Origin: Calditrichota bacterium
Lineage (GTDB): Bacteria > Zhuqueibacterota > JdFR-76 > BMS3Abin05
Assembly: GCA_013151735.1 (NCBI GenBank)
Contig: JAADHR010000199.1
Location: forward strand, 82,091-146,090
Reading direction: 5' to 3'
DNA: 64,000 bases
This document shows positions 9,180-19,122 of the stretch, piece by piece. The first letter of the stretch is position 1, and the number at the start of each line of letters is the position of its first letter. A program made the position numbers and the translations under genes. Below the pieces are notes generated by a model. That model was not told the DNA's origin and ran no database searches. It worked only from the letters and a program-made list of their open reading frames with translations.

Positions 9180-10496
9180 ATGATTAAGTATATCCGATGC
9201 AAGGAAGACCTTTCATTGGAAGAATTGGAAGAAAAGCTGAAACCTCAGGGAATTAAAGTTCTGAAACGGATGAAATTAACGGGTCTGTACAAAGTGGATG
9301 TTCCTGAAACGGTAACCACGGAAGCTCTGCTGAAGCCGCCGGCACCGGGGATCACCGTGCTGGAGGTGTACGATGATTTTCCGGTGAAAGCGCTCCTGGA
9401 CAAGGCAATTCCCAAGGTTCGGGCCAATCTGGTTTGGGAACAGGGGGAAAAGGGGGAAGGAATGACCATCGGAATTTGCGATACGGGACTGGATGTGAAT
9501 CATCCCGACGTAAAGGGACGTGTTTCTGCAACAAAGGATTTTTCCGGCGAAGGCGACTACGACGGCAACGGTCACGGAACTCACGTGGCGACAATTGCCA
9601 TGGGTAATGGTCACGCATCCGACGGGAAGTACACCGGGGCTGCTCCGGAAGCACGAGTCGTAATGGCAAAAGGACTGAAAAGCGACGGGACGGGAATGGC
9701 CAGCGATATTGCCGACGGAATTGAATGGCTTGTAGATGAGGGTGTGGACGCCGTTTCTCTGAGTCTGGGCGGAAAAGCCCAGCCGGGAGTCCGGGATATT
9801 TTACAGCAAACAGTGGACGCCGTAGTGGATTCCGGAATCCCTGTTTTTTGTGCGGCAGGAAATGAGGGGCCGGCGTACAAAACCATTTCCACGCCGGGCG
9901 TGTCCCCCAAAGTCATTACCGTAGGTGCCTCAGATGATTCCGACCATGTGGCCGATTTCAGTTCCAGAGGACCCACCTATGAGGGTCTGAAAAAGCCGGA
10001 CATTGTTGCTCCCGGTGTCAATATCATCGCCGGGCGCGCCAAGGGGACGGCATTGGGGCACGTCATCAACGAATATTACACGGAGCTTTCAGGAACCAGT
10101 ATGGCCACCCCGCTTGCGGCAGGCTGCGGATTGCTGATCAAACAAAAATATCCGGACATCACACCAGCCGAGCTTAAGGCTCGGCTGAAAGAGTACGCGG
10201 TCAATCTTCACACCAACGATGAAAACATTGAAGGCAAGGGGCGCCTTGACGTTTACGCGGCCATTACACAAACGCAGCCGCCTCCCTCGCCGGTAGAGCC
10301 TACACCCGAGGAACCCGGATGTTTTTTATCCCGGCTGTTCGCGAAAAGTCCCGCCGTGATAATGGCTTTCCGGGCATTCCGCGATTCGGTTTTGGCAGGA
10401 AATGCTCCGGGGCGTTTTGCGATCGATTCGTACTATCGGTTGAATGGCATGCTTTTAAATGGGCAAAAAACACATCATTTGAATGCAACGGGGTAA
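9180..10496 (+). CDS. S8 (subtilisin-family) serine peptidase with a C-terminal CFI-box-CTERM-like segment
   Basis: Catalytic triad motifs CDTG, HGTHVA and GTSMATP; GGAGG RBS before ATG 9180; Pro-rich linker then GCF...FRAFRDSVL...GRFAIDSYYR. Confidence 0.92.
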   Translation: MIKYIRCKEDLSLEELEEKLKPQGIKVLKRMKLTGLYKVDVPETVTTEALLKPPAPGITVLEVYDDFPVKALLDKAIPKVRANLVWEQGEKGEGMTIGICDTGLDVNHPDVKGRVSATKDFSGEGDYDGNGHGTHVATIAMGNGHASDGKYTGAAPEARVVMAKGLKSDGTGMASDIADGIEWLVDEGVDAVSLSLGGKAQPGVRDILQQTVDAVVDSGIPVFCAAGNEGPAYKTISTPGVSPKVITVGASDDSDHVADFSSRGPTYEGLKKPDIVAPGVNIIAGRAKGTALGHVINEYYTELSGTSMATPLAAGCGLLIKQKYPDITPAELKARLKEYAVNLHTNDENIEGKGRLDVYAAITQTQPPPSPVEPTPEEPGCFLSRLFAKSPAVIMAFRAFRDSVLAGNAPGRFAIDSYYRLNGMLLNGQKTHHLNATG

Positions 10497-10770
10497 AGTA
10501 GATTAAAAAGTGGTCGACATAGAATTAATACAGATGATCTTTTTAAAACGTGTTGTATACGCTTGAGAAAACAGAGGGTAAAACATGTTTTTCACCTGTG
10601 AGAAACAAAAACGAGTGATTTCTGAATTTTATTGGGAACCCGGGATTTGCATCCATCGTACAAATGCTACATTTTATAAAAAGGGTAATTCTCTGAGTGA
10701 CCCGGAAGAGGTCTGGAATGATTGGTAACAAAATTTAAAATCTGAACAGAAACAGAGTGAGGTGAGGGCT

Positions 10771-11184
10771 ATGGATAAAAAGCAGCTTGAAAAAATTCGC
10801 GAACTTCTGCTGGATCGCCAACGTGAATTACTGAGCGATGCAGGCGCAAGTGTGGAGGACATCGATCAATTGCAGAGCGCCCCGGCTGCCGATTGGGTCG
10901 ATCGCGTGACGGTAGACAGTGCGGTTTCCTCAATGATTGCACGGGAAAGCGGCTTGGCCAAGGAATTGGAAGATATTAAAGATGCGCTGATCAAGATTGA
11001 AAAAGGCACATACGGCATCTGTGAACGATGTGGCCAGGAAATTAATCAGGAACGCCTGGAAGCGATTCCAACCGCGCGATTGTGCCGGGAATGCCAGCAA
11101 CAGGAAGAAAAGAATATGCGCCGGGGAGAAGATTTCAGAGGGGCGGGCAACATTCCGAAAGAGGTCTTTGAATGGTACGAATGA
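10771..11184 (+). CDS. TraR/DksA-family C4 zinc-finger regulator
   Basis: Coiled coil with DWVD tip, then YGICERCGQEINQERLEAIPTARLCRECQ. Confidence 0.92.
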   Translation: MDKKQLEKIRELLLDRQRELLSDAGASVEDIDQLQSAPAADWVDRVTVDSAVSSMIARESGLAKELEDIKDALIKIEKGTYGICERCGQEINQERLEAIPTARLCRECQQQEEKNMRRGEDFRGAGNIPKEVFEWYE

Positions 11185-11215
11185 TCTTTCAACGGTCTGA
11201 AGAGATCCGTTTTTA

Positions 11216-12403
11216 ATGTCTTCTTTTGCGCGGGTCATTTTAAAAAGGGGTGCCGAGAAACGAATTTTAGCGGGGCACGTCTGGATTTTTGAGAGCCTGC
11301 TGCTGAAAACAAAGGGCCCCCTTAAAGACGGGGATATTGTGGAGGTTGAGTCCTATCGCGGGGATTTCCTGGGGCGGGGGTATTTTAATCATCACTCCAA
11401 TATTGTAGTCCGCCTTCTTACCCGAAAGCGTGAACCCATTGATTTTGAGTTTTTTAAAAATCGCATTCACCGTGCCTTTCAACGGCGCCACCCCCTGTTA
11501 CAAGCAACAAATGCCTACCGTGTAATTTTTTCAGAAGCCGATTTTCTTCCCGGGTTAATTATTGATCGCTACGGGGACATTTTTGTCCTGCAAATTCTCA
11601 CATTGGGAATAGAACGATTCAGGAACGAAATTGTAGATGTGCTGGTTCAGCTTTTTCAGCCTGCGGGAATTTTCGAGCGCAGCGATGCCAGGCAGCGTAC
11701 CTTCGAAGGACTTCCTCTGCTCAAACAGGACGTGTGGGGGTCCGTTCCTGAACGGGTGGAATTTTTGGAAAACGGGCTTACTTTTTTTGCGGACGTGCGC
11801 GAAGGTCAAAAAACCGGCTTCTTTTTAGATCAACGGGACAACCGCCTGCTTGTACGTCAGATCAGTGCCCGTGCACGGGTTTTGGATTGTTTCAGCTATT
11901 CCGGCGGGTTCTCCGTTTCGGCGGCCAAGGGCGGTGCAAGAGAAGTCATTGCCGTAGACATTTCCGAAACCGCTATTGAACAGGCCCGGGAAAACGCACG
12001 TCGGAACCATGTGGCGGATAAAATAACCTTTCGCCCGGAAAATGTCTTCGATCTCTTGAAACACTTCGATAAAGAGGGTGAAAAGTTTGATGTGATTATT
12101 CTCGATCCGCCGGCTTTTGTAAGGAGCAAAAAGGCCATCGAAGGGGCCCTGCGGGGCTACAAAGAAATTAATCTCAGAGCCATGCGGCTTTTAAATCCAA
12201 ATGGCTATTTATTGACCTCGTCGTGTTCTCACAATCTCTCGGAAAACCAATTTCATCACGTTCTTTTTCAGGCGGCCGCAGACGTTCACCGCTCGTTTCA
12301 GGTGTTACAAAAGATCATGCAGCCTCTGGACCATCCCATCCTGCTGACTATTCCTGAAACGTACTATCTTAAATCCGTTTTGCTGCAATATCTTGAGTTT
12401 TAA
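11216..12403 (+). CDS. PUA-domain class I SAM-dependent rRNA methyltransferase (RlmI-like)
   Basis: GHVWIF PUA start, EADFLPGLIIDRYG, GQKTGFFLDQRDNR, VLDCFSYSGGF and DVIILDPPAF. Confidence 0.92.
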   Translation: MSSFARVILKRGAEKRILAGHVWIFESLLLKTKGPLKDGDIVEVESYRGDFLGRGYFNHHSNIVVRLLTRKREPIDFEFFKNRIHRAFQRRHPLLQATNAYRVIFSEADFLPGLIIDRYGDIFVLQILTLGIERFRNEIVDVLVQLFQPAGIFERSDARQRTFEGLPLLKQDVWGSVPERVEFLENGLTFFADVREGQKTGFFLDQRDNRLLVRQISARARVLDCFSYSGGFSVSAAKGGAREVIAVDISETAIEQARENARRNHVADKITFRPENVFDLLKHFDKEGEKFDVIILDPPAFVRSKKAIEGALRGYKEINLRAMRLLNPNGYLLTSSCSHNLSENQFHHVLFQAAADVHRSFQVLQKIMQPLDHPILLTIPETYYLKSVLLQYLEF

Positions 12404-12604
12404 AAATTTCTGGTATTCTACCGGATTTTTTTATATATTTTTAAAAAAATCATCATTGAAGCCGTTCCAATTCGTAAAACCAACTGTGGATTATGGTGTT
12501 GCGGGATCAGCGGTTTCGCTGTGAGTGCGGGGCTTGTGTACGGATTCCATTCTGAAACTCTTCGAGCTTTTGGTGAAAAACAAATTTAGACAGGAGGTTT
12601 CACC

Positions 12605-13063
12605 ATGCCTTTCAAAGATACAACGTTCAGATATTTTCAGAGCGAAACGAATAAAATGGACAAAGAGGTTGAACGACTTTTAAAAGACTTCTTCGTCTCA
12701 AAAAATCCGCTGCTGATGATGTCCAAATCGGGTTGGACACCTCACATCGATGTGTATGAAACCCGGGATGCCTATATTATTAAAGTGGAAATAGCCGGCG
12801 TTTCGCCTGAAGATGTTCGGCTTCAATTGGACAATCGGACAATAACCATTCGTGGATATCGAATGGATGAAGTTCCGGAGGAAAGAGAGCACTTCCATTT
12901 AATGGAGATTAGTTACGGGAAATTCTCGCGTAGTATTGAATTACCTCAGGAATTGGATGGTGAGCATGTGAAGGCGGTATACAACAAAGGGATTCTAAAG
13001 ATCGTGGTACCAAAATCAGATTCGAAAATGCAGGGCCCCGTGCACGTTCCCATTGAAGACTAA
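12605..13063 (+). CDS. Hsp20/alpha-crystallin small heat-shock protein
   Basis: PHIDVYET...EIAGVSPEDV...MEISYGKFSRSIELP...AVYNKGILKIVVPK; AGGAGG RBS. Confidence 0.93.
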   Translation: MPFKDTTFRYFQSETNKMDKEVERLLKDFFVSKNPLLMMSKSGWTPHIDVYETRDAYIIKVEIAGVSPEDVRLQLDNRTITIRGYRMDEVPEEREHFHLMEISYGKFSRSIELPQELDGEHVKAVYNKGILKIVVPKSDSKMQGPVHVPIED

Positions 13064-13094
13064 TTTATGAACAGGCCAATTGGAGGGAAAAACT

Positions 13095-15596
13095 ATGCGA
13101 CGAATTCAGCAGATGAGTGTTGATAGATTTGATGAAGAAACAACTCCCCTTGAAGAGCGGCTGGATGAAGAAGCCATTTCCGAAATAAAAGATGAAGATG
13201 AAATTGAGCAAATAAAAATTCCAAGAGAAATTCCTATTTTGCCTCTTCGGGACACGGTTATTTATCCCTTCATGGTTTCCCCTCTTTTTGTGGCCCGTCC
13301 CAAATCCATTCAATTGATTGAAGATGTCCTGAACCAGGATCGCATTTTGGGATTGGTGGCACAAAAGAAAGCCGAAATTGAAGATCCGAAACCCTCGGAC
13401 TTGTTTGATTACGGAACGGCTGCTACCATACTGAAAATGTTGAAACTGCCGGACGGCTCCATGCGAATCCTGGTACAGGGAATGAGCCGGATTCAGATTG
13501 TCGACTATTTACAGATGACCCCCTATTTCAAGGCCCGTGTCCGGCCCCTGCATGACGTGATTGAAGAAAGCCTGGAGCTGGAAGCGCTGGCAAAGAATGT
13601 GACCATTCAATTCCAAAAGATCGTTTCGCTGGTTCCTCACCTTCCCGATGAGCTTCAAATTGCCGTCATGAATATTCATGATCCCGGGAAACTGGCCGAT
13701 TTGGTTGCCTCCAATCTTAATTTGAGTCTTGAAGAAAAACAGGAAATCCTGGAGCTCATCGATGTAAAACGCCGTCTGGAAAAACTCACGGTGTTCATCA
13801 ATCGGGAATTGGAAGTTCTGGAGATTGGAAATAAGATTCAGAGCAAAGTACAGTCGGAGCTGAGCAAAAATCAGCGGGAATATTTCCTCCGTCAGCAACT
13901 GGAAGCCATCAAAAAAGAGCTGGGTGAGGAAGATGAGCGCACCATGGAAATCAAGGAGCTTCGGGAGAAAATAAAAAAGGCCAAAATGCCGAAAGAGGCC
14001 GAAAAAGAAGCCATGCGGGAATTGGATCGTCTGGCTAAAATGCCGCCCGGAGCCGCCGAATACACCGTTGCCCGCACGTATCTGGATTGGCTGATTGCCA
14101 TCCCCTGGGCAAAATCGACGCGGGACAACCTGGATATTGCCAAAGCCCGAAAAGTACTGGATGAGGATCACTATGATCTGGAAAAAATAAAGGAACGCAT
14201 CCTCGAATATCTGGCCGTGCGGAAGTTAAAATCGGATATGAAAGGGCCTATTCTTTGTTTTGTGGGCCCTCCGGGTGTCGGCAAAACCTCGCTTGGGCGC
14301 TCTATCGCCCGGGCATTGGGGCGGAAATTTGTGCGAATCTCTTTGGGCGGAGTGCGTGATGAGGCGGAAATACGCGGCCACCGACGGACCTACATCGGGG
14401 CTTTGCCCGGCCGAATCATTCAGGGGATTCGAAATGCCGGTTCGAACAATCCCGTGTTTATGCTGGATGAGGTGGATAAATTGGGCATGGATTTCAGGGG
14501 AGATCCCTCCTCTGCCCTGCTTGAGGTTCTGGATCCGGAGCAAAACAACACCTTTGTGGATCACTATCTGGACGTGCCGTTCGATTTGAGCAAAGTCATG
14601 TTTATCACAACGGCCAATTTACTGGATCCGATTCCTTCGGCTCTGCGCGACCGGATGGAAGTGCTGGAGCTGCCCGGCTACATTGAAGAAGAGAAACTCC
14701 TGATTGCCCAAAAATATTTGATTCCGCGACAAATAAAAGCCCATGGCCTTCGGAAAACGCAATTGAAAATTGAAGACGACGCCGTTTTACGAATCGTGCG
14801 CGAGTACACCAAAGAGGCCGGTCTTCGGAATCTGGAGCGCGAAATCGCCAATATTTGTCGTCGGGTGGCCATGTGGATTGTGGAGGAAAAGACCCAAAAA
14901 GAGGTGGTTACCGCAAAGCGCATTCCCGAGTTTCTGGGGCCTCCGCGCTTTTTCTTCGATGTGGCCGAACGCATTCAGGAACCCGGTGTGGCCACCGGAC
15001 TGGCCTGGACGCCGGTGGGCGGCGATATTCTGTTCATTGAAGCGTCAAAAATGAAAGGGAGCAAAGGGCTTCTTTTAACCGGACAGCTGGGTGACGTGAT
15101 GAAGGAATCCGCTCAGGCAGCCCTTTCTTACATTCGGGCCCACGCGCGGGACTACGGTCTTAAAGAGGATTTTTTCGAAAAGGTTGATATTCACATCCAT
15201 GTCCCGGCAGGTGCTATTCCCAAAGACGGGCCTTCGGCCGGTGTAACCATTGCCACGGCGCTGCTTTCGCTTCTGACCGATACACCGGTACGGAATGATC
15301 TGGCCATGACCGGGGAAATTACCCTGCGGGGGAAAGTTCTTCCCGTAGGCGGGATTAAGGAAAAGGTTTTGGCCGCCAAACGAGCGGGTATCAGCACCAT
15401 TATTCTTCCGGAAAAGAATAAAAAGGATCTTGAGGAAATTCCCGAGCAAGCCCGCAAGCAGATGACCTTTCACTTTGTTAATAATTTGAATGAGGTCTTT
15501 GAGTTGGCGCTTCGGGAGGAGAAATGGAAGAGAAAAGCCGCCGCAAAGAATCAAAAAAAACAGAGTACGCTGAAAAAAGCTGAGGTCCAGGGGTAA
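13095..15596 (+). CDS. lon: Lon (La) ATP-dependent protease
   Basis: LON N-domain, GPPGVGKT Walker A, DEVDK Walker B, and PKDGPSAG catalytic Ser with downstream Lys ([10 protein letters not shown]). Confidence 0.97.
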   Translation: MRRIQQMSVDRFDEETTPLEERLDEEAISEIKDEDEIEQIKIPREIPILPLRDTVIYPFMVSPLFVARPKSIQLIEDVLNQDRILGLVAQKKAEIEDPKPSDLFDYGTAATILKMLKLPDGSMRILVQGMSRIQIVDYLQMTPYFKARVRPLHDVIEESLELEALAKNVTIQFQKIVSLVPHLPDELQIAVMNIHDPGKLADLVASNLNLSLEEKQEILELIDVKRRLEKLTVFINRELEVLEIGNKIQSKVQSELSKNQREYFLRQQLEAIKKELGEEDERTMEIKELREKIKKAKMPKEAEKEAMRELDRLAKMPPGAAEYTVARTYLDWLIAIPWAKSTRDNLDIAKARKVLDEDHYDLEKIKERILEYLAVRKLKSDMKGPILCFVGPPGVGKTSLGRSIARALGRKFVRISLGGVRDEAEIRGHRRTYIGALPGRIIQGIRNAGSNNPVFMLDEVDKLGMDFRGDPSSALLEVLDPEQNNTFVDHYLDVPFDLSKVMFITTANLLDPIPSALRDRMEVLELPGYIEEEKLLIAQKYLIPRQIKAHGLRKTQLKIEDDAVLRIVREYTKEAGLRNLEREIANICRRVAMWIVEEKTQKEVVTAKRIPEFLGPPRFFFDVAERIQEPGVATGLAWTPVGGDILFIEASKMKGSKGLLLTGQLGDVMKESAQAALSYIRAHARDYGLKEDFFEKVDIHIHVPAGAIPKDGPSAGVTIATALLSLLTDTPVRNDLAMTGEITLRGKVLPVGGIKEKVLAAKRAGISTIILPEKNKKDLEEIPEQARKQMTFHFVNNLNEVFELALREEKWKRKAAAKNQKKQSTLKKAEVQG

Positions 15597-15665
15597 TCCT
15601 TCCTCTGGCCGCGTGTTTGTTTTTTGTATGTATCATAATTGAAAACTCAGCTCAATTTTGGGAGG

Positions 15666-15704
15666 AAAAAGGCCGATTTGAAAACAGAACCAATCGGCCT
15701 TTTT
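15666..15704. terminator. intrinsic (probably bidirectional) terminator after lon
   Basis: aaaaaggccgatt-13 nt-aatcggccttttt. Confidence 0.75.
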
Positions 15705-15784
15705 AAGTGAAACACAATCAATTTCATTCCTACAATTCCTGTTGCACATGATTTGAGAGACATTCGAGAAGGAGGCGGGTTATT

Positions 15785-17203
15785 ATGCAGGACTGGAAAA
15801 CACTAAAAGAATCTTTTGAAAAAGCGGGACAGGGGCATGTTTTCCGATTTTGGGACGACTTAACAGAGAAAGAGCAGAAGAGATTTCTTGAACAGCTCAA
15901 AAAAATAGATCTGGATTTAATTAATCATCTGGTGGAAACCTTTATCCGTAATCCCAGGCCCCGCCGGTTTGATGGTGAATTGGAACCCCCCCAGACCATT
16001 CCGATCCCAAAAACCAAAGCGGAAATTGCCCGGGCCCGGGAAGCGAAAAAAATCGGAGAAGAGGCCCTTCGAAGCGGTAAAGTGGGGCTTATCCTGGTGG
16101 CGGGGGGCCAGGGCACGCGGTTGGGTTACCCCGGACCCAAAGGAATGTTTCCGATCACTCCGGTGAAAAATAAATCGCTCTTCCAATGGCATGCCGAAAA
16201 AATCAGGGCCCTTGAAAAACGCTACGGTGTGGAACTGCCCTGGTACATCATGACCAGCGAATCCAATGATCAGCCGACACGGGAATTTTTCGAGGCAAAT
16301 AACTATTTTGGGCTAAAGGCTTCACAGATCGTTTTCTTTGTTCAGGATATGCTGCCCGCCGTGGACAAGGAGGGACGGATTCTTTTGGATGAAAAGGGAC
16401 ACGTGTTTACCAGCCCAAACGGGCACGGGGGGACGCTGCTGGCTCTTTACGAGAGCGGTGCCCTCGAGGATATGAAAAGAAGGGGGGTGGAACAACTCTT
16501 CTATTTTCAGGTCGATAATGTGCTGGTAAAAATTGCTGATCCCATTTTCCTGGGGTACCACATTCAACAAAATGCAGAGATGTCCAGTAAGGTCGTTCCA
16601 AAACGTGATCCGTTTGAAAAATTGGGGGTTATTGGGATTTACAACGGGAAGCTTTCGGTGGTTGAATACAGTGATCTGTCAGAAGAAGACATGCTGGCGC
16701 GGAATCCGGATGGCACGTTGAAATACAATGCCGGAAGCATTGCCATCCACTTTTTTCGCAGGGATTTTCTGGAAGCCGAAACGGAAAAAGGGTTTAAACT
16801 CCCGTACCACGTGGCCCATAAAAAGATTCCGTACCTGGATGAAACCGGGCGCCGAATTGAACCGGACGCACCCAACGGCTACAAATTTGAAACGTTTATC
16901 TTTGATGCGCTCCGGGATACCACGTCGTCAGTTGTCATGGAGGTTGTGAGAGAAGAGGAATTCAGCCCGGTGAAAAACAAAGAAGGAGAAGATTCTCCGC
17001 AAACCGCACGCCGGGATTTGACGGATCTATTCGGCCGGTGGTTGGAAAAGGCCGGCGTAAAAATACCCAGAGACGAATTCAACCATGTCATCGGGGCCAT
17101 TGAAATCAGCCCCCTTTTTGCCCTGGATGAAGAGGAACTGATCCGGAAAATAGGTTCCCGCAAAATTGTATTTCATGAAAAACTTTATTTGGGAGACGAT
17201 TAA
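15785..17203 (+). CDS. UDPGP-family UDP-sugar pyrophosphorylase (UAP1-like UDP-GlcNAc pyrophosphorylase)
   Basis: LVAGGQGTRLGYPGPKG, SPNGHGG, QVDNVL and NGYKFETFIFD are UAP/UDPGP motifs, not GlmU. Confidence 0.88.
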   Translation: MQDWKTLKESFEKAGQGHVFRFWDDLTEKEQKRFLEQLKKIDLDLINHLVETFIRNPRPRRFDGELEPPQTIPIPKTKAEIARAREAKKIGEEALRSGKVGLILVAGGQGTRLGYPGPKGMFPITPVKNKSLFQWHAEKIRALEKRYGVELPWYIMTSESNDQPTREFFEANNYFGLKASQIVFFVQDMLPAVDKEGRILLDEKGHVFTSPNGHGGTLLALYESGALEDMKRRGVEQLFYFQVDNVLVKIADPIFLGYHIQQNAEMSSKVVPKRDPFEKLGVIGIYNGKLSVVEYSDLSEEDMLARNPDGTLKYNAGSIAIHFFRRDFLEAETEKGFKLPYHVAHKKIPYLDETGRRIEPDAPNGYKFETFIFDALRDTTSSVVMEVVREEEFSPVKNKEGEDSPQTARRDLTDLFGRWLEKAGVKIPRDEFNHVIGAIEISPLFALDEEELIRKIGSRKIVFHEKLYLGDD

Positions 17204-18123
17204 TGCTTTTGCTTTTGGGCCTAAACCCATCCAACATTTCGCTGGAACCCATCGTTGAACAGATTAAACAGGCGCTGGGGTTTCTGGATGTCACGCAATT
17301 GTTTACGAAACTTTTGCTGTATTTGCCCAACTTGATAGCGGCTGCCATTATTGTTTTAATGGGCTACTTCTTTTATCTGGTGGCCCGTTATTTCATTTTG
17401 CGGGCTTTTAAACGCTCCGGCGTGGGAGAGAGCGTCTCAAACGTAATCGTTAAAACCATCCGTTTGCTCTTTATGGGAACAGCCCTGGTTATGGCCTTGA
17501 ATCAAATGCAGATAAAGGTCATTACGCTTATCTCAACCCTTGGGGTTGCCGGCATTGCCCTGGGTCTGGCGGCCCAGCAAACCCTGTCCAACATGATTGC
17601 CGGAATTATTATCCTGATTGATCACCCGTTCAGGGAAGGGGATTTTGTTGAACTGGATGGTACGTACGGCCGCGTTGAAAAAATTACCATGCGCTCCACG
17701 CTTCTTCGTACGCTGGATAACACAAAAGTGGATTTGCCGAATCACAAGATTATTGAATCGCGCATTGTAAATCACAGCGACTACCCTTTTCTTCGGGTGC
17801 GAATTCCGTTTGGAATCGCTTACAAGGAATTCATCCCCAAAGCGCAGGAAGTGGTGCTGAAATCCATTGAAAACATGCCGCAAATTTTGAAAAACCCGGA
17901 GCCCGAGGTCAATGTGACCAATATCGGCGAGTCCAGTATTGACATGGAGTTGATGATCTGGATTGACAATCCGGCCATTGAGATTCCGCTGGGATATGAA
18001 CTTCGGAAACGGATCAAAATGGTTCTGGATGAAGCCGGAATTGAGATTCCTTTTCCACACCGGCAGATTTTTCTGGAAAAGATTAATTTGGGTGATTTAA
18101 AGCCCGACCTTCCCAAGTCGTAG
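17203..18123 (+). CDS. MscS-family mechanosensitive channel
   Basis: TM region ending in GVAGIALGLAAQQTLSNMIAGIIILIDHPFREGD, then GRVEKITMRST and EIPFPHRQI. Confidence 0.92.
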   Translation: MLLLLGLNPSNISLEPIVEQIKQALGFLDVTQLFTKLLLYLPNLIAAAIIVLMGYFFYLVARYFILRAFKRSGVGESVSNVIVKTIRLLFMGTALVMALNQMQIKVITLISTLGVAGIALGLAAQQTLSNMIAGIIILIDHPFREGDFVELDGTYGRVEKITMRSTLLRTLDNTKVDLPNHKIIESRIVNHSDYPFLRVRIPFGIAYKEFIPKAQEVVLKSIENMPQILKNPEPEVNVTNIGESSIDMELMIWIDNPAIEIPLGYELRKRIKMVLDEAGIEIPFPHRQIFLEKINLGDLKPDLPKS

Positions 18124-18157
18124 GCCGAAAGAATGGCCGCGAATGAAAGGGGGGCAA

Positions 18158-18222
18158 AAAAGGGGCGTTCTGGCAGAGCCGATCAGACGATCGAGGTCCT
18201 TTGCCAACCGCCAGCCCCTTTC
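18158..18222. terminator. long imperfect stem-loop between convergent genes (bidirectional terminator candidate)
   Basis: aaaaggggc ... gcccctttt outer arms enclose an inner tggca/tgcca pair. Confidence 0.55.
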
Positions 18223-18885
18223 TTAATTCTCTTTCTTCGCTTCGTCAGTTTCTTCCGCTTCAACCTCCACAACCGGTGGTGTTCCGGCAATTAACGGGAT
18301 GGTTTTGTCCACATCGTCTTTTTTCCCGAGCAGCGTAACCTTGTCTCCCACCTTAAACTCGTAAGTACCATCGGGGATAACCACCGTTTCCTCGCGAAGA
18401 ATGGTGCCCACAAGCACCTCTTTCGGAAGCTCCACATCCTTTAGCTTTTTGCCCACAACGGGTGAATAATCATAAATAATGACCTGTTCGATGGCGCCTC
18501 CGCCCGATTCCAGATCCTTTCGCAATTCTTTCACGCGGCTGGAGTCGATGGTGGTCTTTTCCGTTTCCTGCCGGTTTAATTCGATTTCCAGCTCTTTTTG
18601 TGTAAGCTCTTCTTTCACAGATCCGATCTGGCTTAAGAGGCTCGATAATTTCGCCTCCATTTCGTCAAATTTCTTTTCTGTGATCAAGGGGTAAGCCTCT
18701 TTTCCGAGTTCCTCAAACAGGGAATCCAGTTTCTTTTGTAATTTCAAAATGTCCAGTTTGGTTTTCCCCAGTTTGGATAACTCACCGGCCTTTTCTGAAA
18801 GCTTATCCAGGCCTTCCTTGGCCACCTCTGTGCTGGCTTTTGAAAATTTATCGAGTGAGTCCTGCACTTTTTTTAGAAAATCCAT
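18223..18885 (-). CDS. coiled-coil protein with a C-terminal TrkA-C (RCK_C) domain
   Basis: GGAGGG RBS before ATG 18885; helical Lys/Glu-rich N-terminus; C-terminal SPVVGKKLKDVELPKEVLVGTILRE...IPDGTYEFKVGDKV. Confidence 0.85.
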   Translation of the reverse strand: MDFLKKVQDSLDKFSKASTEVAKEGLDKLSEKAGELSKLGKTKLDILKLQKKLDSLFEELGKEAYPLITEKKFDEMEAKLSSLLSQIGSVKEELTQKELEIELNRQETEKTTIDSSRVKELRKDLESGGGAIEQVIIYDYSPVVGKKLKDVELPKEVLVGTILREETVVIPDGTYEFKVGDKVTLLGKKDDVDKTIPLIAGTPPVVEVEAEETDEAKKEN

Positions 18886-19122
18886 TGTTACCCTCCCTTT
18901 TTGATTGAAACCAACAAAATGTGTTCGAATGTTTCTTTTGGGTCCAAAAAACAACAGGCTGATTTTGAGTTGAAATTCATTTACTTAAACTTATAAATTT
19001 TTCTTGTAAAAAGCAAAATATTTTTATATCTTTTAACAAAAGAAAGAACAAAAAGTTAGAACCCTTTTTTGGATGGAATTCTCTCTGGCCAGTCACCCAA
19101 ATTTTGAAAGAATCCCAACTTT

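Noticed and set aside
12404-12604. CIRCE or ROSE element upstream of hsp20
   Set aside because: No TTAGCACTC-N9-GAGTGCTAA, and no clear ROSE-type hairpin occluding the RBS.
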